Both the position numbers and the translations under genes were made by a program. The notes under the pieces were generated by a model. That model did not search any database and was not told the DNA's origin. It saw only the letters and a list, made by a program, of their open reading frames with translations. 64,000 nt of DNA from Laetmonice hystrix. Lineage: Eukaryota. How positions within the stretch are numbered: position 1 is the first letter of the stretch; each line of letters opens with the position of its first letter. The stretch lies in assembly GCA_965235115.1 (NCBI GenBank), contig OZ249440.1:18042001-18106000 (forward strand), written 5' to 3'. Positions 24,883-35,969 of the stretch are shown piece after piece.

Positions 24883-25161
24883 AGGAATGTGTATGTTTGT
24901 CCCCTGTATTTGGCCCTATTAAGTTGACATGTAATTTATGTGTATCATGGCATTTCCCCCCTGTACAGATGCTATAATCACCCACACATCTCATTATCAT
25001 CTCACTCTTCTATCATACCTATGTAATAGATAGTATCGAGGATAAGGTATTAGGGAAACGCGTGACTATTGTAGGAGGTTTACCAGGAAACAGGCTTATA
25101 GCCTTGTGTATATCTTCTTCAATAAAGATCATGTTTAAAAAAAAAAAAAAAAAAAAAAAAA
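24883..25161 (+). terminator. Retrotransposon 3' UTR with hairpin, polyadenylation signal and poly(A) tail
   Basis: AGGCT-TAT-AGCCT hairpin at 25092-25104, AATAAA at 25121-25126, and 25 A residues at 25137-25161. Confidence 0.85.
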
Positions 25162-25920
25162 CTTCCCGACGTCACCCACTATCATTTCTACCCGCTTTCT
25201 GATGGAACTGAAGTTCAAGTTGTACGTCATGACTAATTTCTAGTATCTGGGTCACAATGGCCTGGTACCTAAAACAAAAACAAATCTGGCATTCGTTCAT
25301 AACTGTAATAACTCGGTATAATCAATGAGTGAGTCACTTTGTGTGTTTTAGATCCGACATCAAGGGGACTGGGATAGTGACCATCTGTCAACAATCAATC
25401 CAGCCTGGAACATCCACAGAGCATTCCGCCATCCTCTGGCTGCGATCCTTGCTACAACTATCATGTACTTCTCTATGTCTTTAGAAAATGTCACTCTACA
25501 TGTACCTATCATTTCACACAACTCTGGTTTACACTAGACGGTAGAATACAATGGTAACAGTAGTTCTGTGTGACTGGGTTAGTTTCTAACAATGGGGTCT
25601 TTCTACCGTCTGGACACATTATGGAGGTTAACATTCCTCATGCACACGTTCTACTCGGATCGCTCAGTCTACAAACGTTTACCCATCTCAACCATGAACA
25701 CGACATAACTTTCTCAACACAACAATTCAGTTTATAAATCATCCCACCCATGTCTTACCTCTAGAGTAGAGGACAGATACCGTGAATGTACCTGTCTCCT
25801 TATATCAGCATATTATCGCTTCAGAGCTGAGATAGCAGTATTGTCAAGTACTTGACAACCTGCGTAGACGTTTTCTCAGCTTTCAATCGAGACAAAAGGC
25901 TTCACCCCATCCCACTACCG

Positions 25921-26107
25921 ACTCTGACTCCAACCCGCCCAGAATAAAACGGCTCATTTTTACCTAAATCCTCAAAAAATTTGCGGCTATAGAATTTCCA
26001 GCCTTTCAAAATACTCTGACTCCAACCCACCCAGAAAAAAAACGGCACATAGATTTACATAAATCCTCAAAAAATTGGCGACCATAGAATTTCCAGCCTT
26101 TCAAAAC
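25921..26107. repeat. 92-bp diverged tandem duplication (2 copies)
   Basis: ACTCTGACTCCAACCC.CCCAGAA...ATAGAATTTCCAGCCTTTCAAAA starts at 25921 and 26013. Confidence 0.85.
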
Positions 26108-26914
26108 CCCTGTCGGTTAAAAAACTTTTATACCGCACTATTGTGTGCAGCGTCCTACATCCGACAAAGACTTTAATCATTTATAAAGTTCTCTTCAGAA
26201 AATCAAAGCTATTGGCAGAATGTACAGAAAAATGAATGAGTCAGCTTTCTACACGAAAAAAAGTAAAAGTTTGGAAACATTGTCCCGCAGAGAACACTTT
26301 AATCCTTCACCAAGCGTCAGGTTTTTTCCCAGTTTTGGGGAGTGGTCAAATGAATCAATACCCGAGATTGGACAGCAGTGAGAGGGCCCACCTACCTCCT
26401 CCATCAGGCTTCCAGGACTTCCAGATCGCTAAATTCCATGATCTTTACGGTCCCGAATCTTCAGTTCTCGTTAAGAGACAATTCTTCAGAGTGATCCTTT
26501 CTGTTTTAGACTTTCATGGTTTTGTCCCGTTGTTCATCGCTACATGTTCCTCCTGCACGTCTAAAAGGCTCTGACGCCTTTTGACCCTGAAAGACTGACG
26601 CTTCCGTCTGTGTGGATCCTGAGCGACAGCTCTGTCAGTTGGATCCTGGATGACGAGTGTCAGTACGGCATATGGTTGACACGTCTCGATCCTGGGTGCC
26701 TCTCAACCCTAAGTTCTATCGATTCGTCTGACCCGAGGTCACGAGACAGATGCCTGTGACTATTCTAAATAGCTGTGCTACTGCCAGCATCCCGAGTTTA
26801 CCTTTCACTGCTACGTCAATCTGTCAGCTACGGGTTGTTGTACAAGTGGTGAAGTCCGAGAGGCACCGGTCAGTATACCTTCAAGTCCTACCGCCTGGCC
26901 AATCCTCATTGCCT

Positions 26915-26958
26915 GCTGGTGCTGGTGCTGGTGGTGCTGGTGCTTGTGCTGGTGCTGG

Positions 26959-26996
<38 letters not shown>
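26915..26996. repeat. Compound (GTGCTG)n/(CTG)n microsatellite
   Basis: Read directly. It generates the polyQ/QH, polyA and polyL ORFs in the track. Confidence 0.9.
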
Positions 26997-29900
26997 AGCC
27001 GATACTCGTCCAATGTCATCATCCCGGACCACCAGTACCTCAGCCTTTCACCGACTGGTGAACCCCTATGGTGCTGGGATCAGCCACTTATCGTACGGGT
27101 TTACCCAGTCAGCACCCAGATCTGTCAGCCACGTCCACAGCCTATCCCACATAAAACCACTACCGGTACCAATCATAAGGACAATCAGTGGGTACCTTTG
27201 GTGTGGTGGTTGCAGGTCACCTGGCTTCACGCATGCACAACTTACGGAGGTGATCAAAGAGACCAAGAACGGTCCAGGGGGAGGTCAGGGTGCCGCCATG
27301 TGACTGCCGTACATGGCTGGGGTTGGTATACCGGAGACTGCAGTGGGTGCCTTGTGTCAGGTCACAACCAGACCACCACTACCACTACCACGGCTCGCAA
27401 GGCGGCTCGGTCACGCACGGCAAGGCGTCCTCTTCATACAAAATGATGGTTTCCATGCGACCAGTTTGTCCAGCGTTTAGTCAGTCTGATCACCTTGTTA
27501 ATCTCCATTCTTTGGCTGGCTGATAATCCCTGTCCACTGATCATCCAAACTGTTAACCAGTGAGCTGGTGAACCTGTAAGGAGGTTTCCACCAGGTCAGC
27601 GTGGGGACGCTGTTCGGGGTTGTTAATAAACACCCCTTGAGTTCACCACATCATCACTCAGCATGCCTCGTGCACACCTGAAGGGTGGTACTCCCAGTAC
27701 CCCAGGGATGGAGCGCGGGCGACGCGCAGGCACACGTCGATACGCATGGCGCGTGCTAACAGCACGTGCTCTTACCCACGCCGTGCCACACTGCATGCGT
27801 GTACGTCAAACATGCAAGTACGTGCTGAATGTCATGGAAACGCGCACCTGACAATGGCGCCAAGACGTTTGTAAACGTCCCTTCACAAACTATCACTACT
27901 CTCCCTTTTCCACGTTGTCGGACGTGTCACGTAATATAAGACCACCACTCAGACAACCGTTTCGCCGCCAGGGGGTGCTGATTACTTCTCTCCGTGCGCC
28001 AACCTTTCAACAGTTTACGATCCGAAGATCTACTAACGTTACATCCAAACCGACAGTCCTTTCATCCCTGACATAATTCACAACGTCTAACTACAGGCGC
28101 AAGGTCTGAGTGAGGGCCCATTACTCCCGCTGCTTGCGTCATATTTCTTCTTTCAATCCCCGAAATAAGCAGTAATTGCCCGACAGGTAACTTGGAAAGT
28201 GGCTGGCGAGATGACAGCGAATGTCAGCCGCTACACTATACGATACACAAGCCTCCTGATAAGGTATCGAATGATAGATAGAACGCCACCGTTTTTTCTT
28301 CTTGTAACTAATTACATACAATGTCATTTCAGATATGTGTATTTATTGTTCAACTCTGGTACTAACAATGAACATTCCTTTTCATGATGAAAATGTTCAA
28401 AACATTTACCCCTGAGGAGGCATATGTACTGAATACTTTGTAATTGGTTCAGTTATAATATATTAACGATACAGCAGGGCTTGAGTTTACCCGTCAATAA
28501 AAGACATCATTATCTGCACATCCCATCTCGGCCTACAAGTAAAGTACACGCGCAAGGTTATCTGACTGGTAACCTTTTGGGTGATAAGACCTTAAACCTA
28601 GGCGGTTACCTAGCACGGGCCCTTACCACGGTACCTGACTGGCTCAGCCTCCCCCTCCCCCTATCACCCCGTGATAACTGCCCCCCTAACCGCCCCCTCC
28701 TCCCATCTCACCTGATGATAACACCCAGGCCCTCCCACCATGTGCCGTTATCAATCACTGTTCACTCTCAACAGCTCCTTGAAATCTGTTCACAACTGTA
28801 ACCTAAATGAGAGCTCAGGTTCACAGTCCCTGGCGGCCACGTCCTTCTCTTTGTCTCAATCTTGTTTATAAGGAACAAACTGAGGCCTTCAAGTGGGCCG
28901 AGAGAAAAACGTTTTTTAATGGTTCTCATTTCCAAAATATAGGATGAATTTCTGACATTTTTAGCCGATATTGTGAGCCATACTACCTTTCTCTTATCTT
29001 TTTCGTATACATGTACATGTATACACCTACATGTACAGACTGTTCAGATTCTATCCACAATACATCGTGCTGCCCATCAGACCATACAATACACAACATA
29101 TAGCTTTACAATGCTTGGTTCGGTAGGGCAGGCAGCACGATTCATCCACTGAAAGTCTCAAAAGAAATATTCTCGCGACAATTTGTGAAGAAAAATAAAG
29201 GTTCAGACCAGAAATAAAGGGGTTAAAGTTTTTTTTAACCAAAAGGTTTATAAAGGTTTCACCTGGAGGCCTGAACTGTTGATTATTTCAATAACTACCG
29301 TTTCATCTGGTATCGAACAAGAATTCACCCTGTTGTGATCAGCAGATCAACAGTAAGTTAGTCCTGAACTCACTCTAACTTTCCCTTCAGATGGTAAACT
29401 TTCCACTTTCTATAGGTACTTACGTCACACTGTGTAATCCGGGATTATTCGTCAGTTTTCAAACTCTTTGAAGCAGTGGGTGGGAAACCGACGCCTTATA
29501 TAAACGTCCACGAATTCAAGTTTCCACCTATGATACGAGCCTCTTGTTTCCTTATAATCTTTGGTTCCTTTCTAACGTTACGTTTACATTCCAGACTTAA
29601 CATATATACGAGCTTAGGGCACATGGCCGATTCCTGAGGGGATTTCCCTCTGATATTTAATGCTATAACAACTCACTACTGGACTGCGGTCCAGAGGGGG
29701 CGAGGGTAATTACCATACTAATGTTACCTAAAGAACGGAAATAATCTACCCTTCACAGCTTTCATGTGGTTACCATTAGGTCCTGGTGTTTAAAGGTGTG
29801 GCTTAACCTTCTCCCCCTCTGCTGGTCATCGAGTTTCCAAAAAAAACTTGTTAATGTCACAATGGATTTAAGGCACACCGACATGGGGCAATTCTAATCT

Positions 29901-30054
29901 ATTCAAATCTATTCGTTGTTTAGGCGGGCCACCGTTTTCATTACGATTATCACTGTTATTGTTGTTAGAGCGCACACGAATACCCATTAATGGTTGAAAG
30001 AGAATCGTATAAATTATATAGTGACTCCAACTCCAAAGGTTAAGTTACTATATT

Positions 30055-30123
30055 ATAATCTTCTCTATTGTGATATTTTATTGCACATATTATGTGCAAT
30101 AAAATATAACAATAGAAGATTAT
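30055..30123. repeat. AT-rich ~69-bp near-perfect palindrome
   Basis: A perfect 16-bp core TATTTTATTGCACATA-T-TATGTGCAATAAAATA is extended by ATAATCTTCTCTATTGT/ACAATAGAAGATTAT with one small indel. Confidence 0.85.
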
Positions 30124-33100
30124 TGCTTCATGTTAATGTATACGTTGAGGCGGATATATAATTGTCCTTGACAAACCATTTGTTTTTCAGACATCTGACA
30201 GTTTTTCCTGTAGTGTGATAGCTGTTATTTCAGCAGACCGAGTCTACCAGCATGCTATTTCAACCAAACTGTCAGGCCATGTTTACTCCATAAGTAAGTC
30301 ATTAGGGAGGGTCGGGAATAAAGAGGTGTTCGGTTACTCTGGGAAAGTTTCCTCCATACTGATGGAGGGTCTCCACAACAAACAAACTACAACATGTACC
30401 TCTAACTGCAGATTCATTAACTTGGTTAACACAAAGGGATTAAGAACCGGGTGAGAGGTTGGATTAACATTGCCACAACCTTTGTCGGGATAATTACCTT
30501 TATGTTGCCGTCTTCATGTGTATTTATATAATCAAGGCAAAGATTAACTGGCTCTTTTGTACGGCCCCATTAAATTACACAAGTGTTAGACCCAGACACG
30601 AAACCACCAGCAATAGTGAGTATTTCGGATTTCAGGACCTCTATTCGTTTCATAACCTTCCCAGTTAACAGCAAAATGTAAAATTTAAAACAAATAATTA
30701 TCAAATGCTTCCTTTCCCTTTTTCATCTATGGCATCTGCTGGCGACCGGGGGAAGGTAGGCCTATGGTTTACTTGCACTGGTGATACTAACCGCGCGAGG
30801 CGCCACCTGGTGAATTACTGATGAAGTAAATGAACGTGACTGCTGCCATGTACCGCCAGGTGTCACTACGAGTGAACACTGGTTCAATGGTGCGCGACGA
30901 AGTCGGCCAACCGGCAACTTGACTTCCATGGCAGTTACAAAAAGTCACAAATAGCGATTCTTTTATATCTTCACAATAGAGATACAGAAATATCAACCTA
31001 TGGGCCCATATTAAATGTGGTCACGCAGAAAATAAAATCTAGTGATTTTTCCGGGAAGGTGTAGGCCTATAGGTGCATGTTTGTGACCGGTTTTATTGCT
31101 TTAATACCTGAGAGTGAACCAACATGCACATCGTCAAACTGCGATGTTAGATGTTGGGGGGGGGGGGGGTGAAGTGAGGTTCTAAATTAGACATGGAACA
31201 ACCCATTTCAATACAAACCCATCACCTGTAATTAACAGAAACAATTAGGCCTAGTTCAGATTTTTCGGTCAAGGGAAATTATGAATGTATCCTTTTCGAT
31301 CTTGATGAAAACTGTCGGAAAATAAATATTTATCGGTCTAAAAGTAGACTAATAATGCTTGTCAAGTGCATGGCTAAAAGTCTGTTTGGGACGCCAGTGT
31401 GAAAGGAGATATCATTGAGAAGCCGAGGTATGACAGAACGCCTAGGGTCCGGGCCAGCTGGCAGAGATTGAAGTGTGGGCTCAAGTTCTTGTACACCATC
31501 AACAACAATGTTTCTTTTTATCAACAAATTTGTCACCATTATCAATGTGCTGCTATGGCAACTCCCGGAGTTATGTCTAATAACTCACCGAGATTGTGGA
31601 AATTTGATATGAAAACAAACATTCGAATAGAACCAACACAATGTGCCCTTAGCATGCACACACAAAACTAGATGAACGTCGGAATGTCACACGTCAGTGA
31701 CGCCCTCATATGAACCGAAGTGTCTTATTCCTGGTGGGGGAACCGATTATGATAGGCGCCATAAGCAGGTGGAGCCGCCGTATCAATGACTCGCGTCTGC
31801 ACCTGGCCCACAACAGCAGCGCCACCTTTCATTTCATCTCAGAACTACGAGTGGCCATGGCGGCGCTTTGTTAACTGGTCCTTTGACCGCCAGGTGTCGG
31901 TGGGCGTCGCTCTGACAAGTTGGAGTGGTATTGGAAACGATCACACCATGTTTTCAGCACAGGAATCTACATGAAAATGACTCCCTTCCATGTCTTATGA
32001 CAAGGTTACAATACATTCAATGGGGCCTGTCTCAAGACACGTCAAAAGTCGGGCACAAAAAGTTGATTTTCCTCTGCGATAAATAACCACCAAACCCACC
32101 CTAGTTCTCATGATTTCGTGAGACCACTTACTTTCATCATGTGACCTATCACGGAAAAGGTGGCTATAGAGCTATGCTGGTTAACTTTTCACCTTGGACT
32201 GAATTCTCTGTGGTCAAGGTCATAGCAGGTACCGCATTCTGCCATAATGTCCTGTAACCATGACTACATTTTACTAAATATCAGAACTACAATCGCCTTG
32301 AAAATCGCGATCGTCGATTACATTACTTTGTATCTAAATGTACTGATAGGAAATCTGTCATTCTATCCAACAGTTTAAATGTCCCGTAATGTGCTGAGAT
32401 CACTTCTCTTCTCCTGGAAGTCTGTAAAACGTTGCTGTAAACTACCCCCTGGGAAGGTTTCCGTTGGGATATATCAACCCCCTCCACACAAACCCTGTTA
32501 CTATTTCCTAACCACCCCCAGCTCCCATCAACCTGCCCAGCCTCAGCCCCCGGCTATCCCTAAAACATCCTGGCCCACTTGGGTGGTCAGTGCCACCGAC
32601 TGGTCAAACGGAATGCAATCCATCTACACAGCTCAGTCCGACATCCCCATGGATACAGGCAACGACTAGTTTAGACTGAAGTCCGGAGATCACGGGGCTA
32701 GCTAATACTAGGATCCAGGTCCAGAAAATTATTCTACCAAATTTATAACCCACATTACGACGGATTGGTGATCATGTATCAAAGGGAAATAGCAACTTTT
32801 GAGCAACGTGCGGACAAAATCATATGACAAAACTGTACGATTTGCTCCTAATTATAGACAGCAGTTTTCAGGTTCAGGTCGAATATTCTCCAGAGAGTCA
32901 AGGTAATTTAGTTGAAAACAAAGCCCTCCAAACGGTGTACGTTTGTTGACCATTGAACATGATTTATTGCCGTTTTGGCAAAAAGGCAGGAGCGAACAAC
33001 AGGTGTTGTCCAACTGTTACATGTTCGGGGTAAACTGGATCTTTGATCTAATCATAGGTTTCCGAAATGTGACTGTTGCTACCAAACATATCCGCAAACA

Positions 33101-34323
33101 TACACCCACCATGTTACTGAGTGAAGGTTTCATCCTCCCTCCTTGAGGCACACCCTTTGATGTCAGGTTAACACATTTGTAAATTAGTCCCGACACAGGG
33201 ATCAGCCATGCATGGGCCACACATTATTCATGTTAATACTCCCATTCCAATACAAACTCATCACCAGTAATTAACTTCCATGTCAAATTTCACGGCAACC
33301 ATTATTCCGTTTTATCTCACTTCCCATTAGGCCACATTGGAGTAATTTTTCATTTCGCCTTCCACAACCCGAGTAATTTTCCCACAGTTTTTGGTCTGAG
33401 TCATTCCTGCTCAGTTAACAGGTATTGCACCCTGTTTCCGGCAGAGGGCGCTACCCTGTGAAGAGGAAGTCTCCGCAATGACTTCCCTCCACAATATCGA
33501 TCTTCTTCTGCTTTGAAATACACAGTATTGAGGTAGAGCATTGCCCATCGCATTCATGTTCAACTATTAAGTACCACAGCAGTGACCCATGTTCAGATTT
33601 GTTAGAAAAATAAAGAAGAAAAAAAAGCTGGGGCGGGGCAGGATCAGGGATGAATGGGTTTTACTAAAAGAGCAGTTTGCTGTGCCAATATAAGCCACCT
33701 GTGTGTCGTATGTCCTTGACTGTAGCTGGGCTAACCACAGCTGGTGGCAACAGGCCGGTCCGACCAGCCAAGGGTCAGTCAGCTGTGAATGGTCAGTCCC
33801 AGTTGGTGGTATCAGGGTCGGTCCAGCCTGGTGGTCAGTTCTGATGATGGATGGGCAGACCTCCTCCTGGGCGAACACCATGGGTACAACTCCAGGAACC
33901 CGTGTCCAACCACCAATCAGATTACAATCATCAACTTTCACATTTACTAACGTATCTTCCCAAATCTTTCGATCTGGATACTGGAGGCGTTCGGAGGGAT
34001 CCCTGATCTAACATACCACAGGCCACACTGCTATCTATTCTGGGTTCCAACCTGATTATTGGCAGCACAGGAGTCTGACTCCTGTGTTGGCGGTCACCTC
34101 CTCACACCTCGCTCACATCACACCCCTCACCCCTCGCCCCTCGAGCTGAGGATGAATTTATTAGCTCCTGTCCCACCGCTCGGGTTGACTTCACGCTTGG
34201 CTCTCCTCTGACATCAGTTCCAGATGATTGTAACGATCTGATGATGAGATCAGTCCAGGTCCTCAGGCGTTCCACCCACTGCCGTGAACTGACCCGTCAC
34301 CTTGTCTTCATCAGTTCACCCCG

Positions 34324-34403
34324 CTGACCACTAACTGACCGGCGGGGAGGGTGCGAGGACGACTGACCACTAACTGACCGGCGGGGAGGGTGGGAGGACG
34401 ACT
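34324..34403. repeat. 39-bp tandem duplication
   Basis: CTGACCACTAACTGACCGGCGGGGAGGGTG(C/G)GAGGACGA starts at 34324 and 34363 (one mismatch). Confidence 0.9.
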
Positions 34404-35308
34404 TAAAACTCGGGTAATTGGCCTGTGACAGAAGGGTTGTCAACCCTGGAGCGGACTTGTTCACCGTCCGTTTGGTTCTACATCTCAGTCTTTGTACCGG
34501 TAACACAGGATGAGTGGGCCGGCGATTTTAGCACCTTTGTGACATAATCTGAGATCACCTTCCATTAAAATGGATTGGGAGGGTGGAGGGGTACGAGTGG
34601 GGAACGGGGACGAGGGTAAAAAGTAACCGGGGGAGAGGTTCTAAGGCGGTTAGTTGGTCAAGGGTCGTGGATTTCTTCCAGGATAATATTATACAAGGGG
34701 TTAGTCGTGACCACTGGACACCAGCTCACTTTCCAGAAACTGGACATTATCCCAGACACTACACTGCTACAGCCTGGCGGCGGGCCCGTTAATAGTAAGA
34801 AACCCCCGTATCTGGTGGCTTCGTAAGGTTTTATTTGGACCCCTGTGGGTCAGGCGGGGTTGGTCAGACCGTACTATGTATAATTACAGGTATCCGGCCG
34901 ACCAGTCCGACCGTCTCCTGGGAGAAACATTCCAGTGTGGTCCTCGCCTTCCGCCGCCCTGACCCCCTCTAATCCCACCATTCTCACCTGGTTACCTTTG
35001 ACCACTGAGGCCAGGTAATGGGTCCAAGTGTCTGTCGGGTGAAGGATGTGTGAAACGTGAAACCCGGCCATTCTGACAATAAATGGATTACTGGCACTCA
35101 TCTCACTGTCTGAGCTGGCGGGCTGGGCAGGAAATTAACGTCAATGGGTCAGGCACTGACCATCACTGCTGGTCAAACTAGCCTTGGAGCATTGGATTGC
35201 CATCAAACCAAGGATGCAGATCTCTTTGTTCACACCCACTGAACACTCTGAACAAACGACCTTCGTTTGCAAAGATTGATTGAATGCTTGCTTTAGTCAT
35301 TGGGTATA

Positions 35309-35609
35309 CCGTATTGACGCACTTTTAGGCGCGTGTGCCTATAAGCGGATTTTTGCGTTTTTTGAGGAAATTTCAAAATCAGAAATCGTCAGATATATGC
35401 GCATGCGTCTATATCGCACAACCCCAATATTCACATATGCTCACACCCAATATTGGTGCACCCACGCAGGTGGGTGCGCCTATATATGTGAATATTGGTT
35501 TTCATGATGCAAATTAGAAAGTGCCCCGGATACAGGGGCATGCGCCTGTATCCGGATATAGGCGCATGCTCACTTATAGGCGCATGCGCCTAAAAGTGCG
35601 TCAATACGG
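35309..35609. mobile_element. TA-type (Tc1/mariner/pogo-like, CCGTA terminus) MITE, 301 bp, 37-bp TIRs
   Basis: CCGTATTGACGCACTTTTAGGCGCGTGTGCCTATAAG (35309-35345) matches CTTATAGGCGCATGCGCCTAAAAGTGCGTCAATACGG (35573-35609) with 2 mismatches. The left flank is TA and the right flank is AA. There is an internal 11-bp hairpin CCGGATACAGG/CCTGTATCCGG at 35526-35555. Confidence 0.85.
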
Positions 35610-35969
35610 AACTACGTGTACCAAGATTTATATCGTTCTACCACTGGTCCACATCCTGGCACCTTGACTACCCGGCTTACCGACCAGCACTAACGTTAGG
35701 ACTAGTCCTACGTAGGACTGGGCCAGATATCCACGATGAATGGTGAAGATTATAATTTTCTTTTTAATTTCTAATAGTGTCTTTTAACTAAACGAAGTAA
35801 TGAAAACAGTCCATACCCATTTTTACCCTGAGACATACGGTAAGGGTTTTAATGAAGGCTATAACTGGTCCAAAACTCAATTCGCTTCTAGGACCGTTAG
35901 TGAGTGCAACTCCCCCCAGAATCCTTAAAAGCCATCACTACTAAGAACAGAGAATAAAAAAAGGCTTAC

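Larger units (their letters stand above)
19200..25161 (+). mobile_element. Non-LTR retrotransposon, CR1 group (CR1/L2/Crack/Daphne-like), probably 5'-truncated; NADAR ORF + SGNH esterase ORF + tandem-repeat spacer + APE-RT ORF + poly(A)
   Basis: All parts are co-oriented. APE-RT ORF2 (22014-24882) is followed by AATAAA (25121-25126) and A25 (25137-25161). The upstream ORFs have ORF1-type content (esterase is established in CR1/L2/RTE-X ORF1s). The 5' boundary is approximate and no TSD was found. Linking the upstream ORFs to ORF2 in one element is inference. Confidence 0.8.

Noticed and set aside
25162-25185. Target-site duplication for the LINE
   Set aside because: By eye I found no copy of the post-tail sequence (CTTCCCGACGTCACCC) near the presumed 5' end, so the 5' boundary stays approximate.
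26811-27032. PolyQ/QH ORF on the minus strand as a host exon
   Set aside because: All three minus-strand frames hit stops shortly after the repeat, splice sites are weak, and the microsatellite explains the ORF.
31330-31545. Minus-strand ORF containing KRNIVVDGVQE, reminiscent of a LINE ORF1 RRM start
   Set aside because: The downstream residues do not continue the pattern and there is no associated RT.
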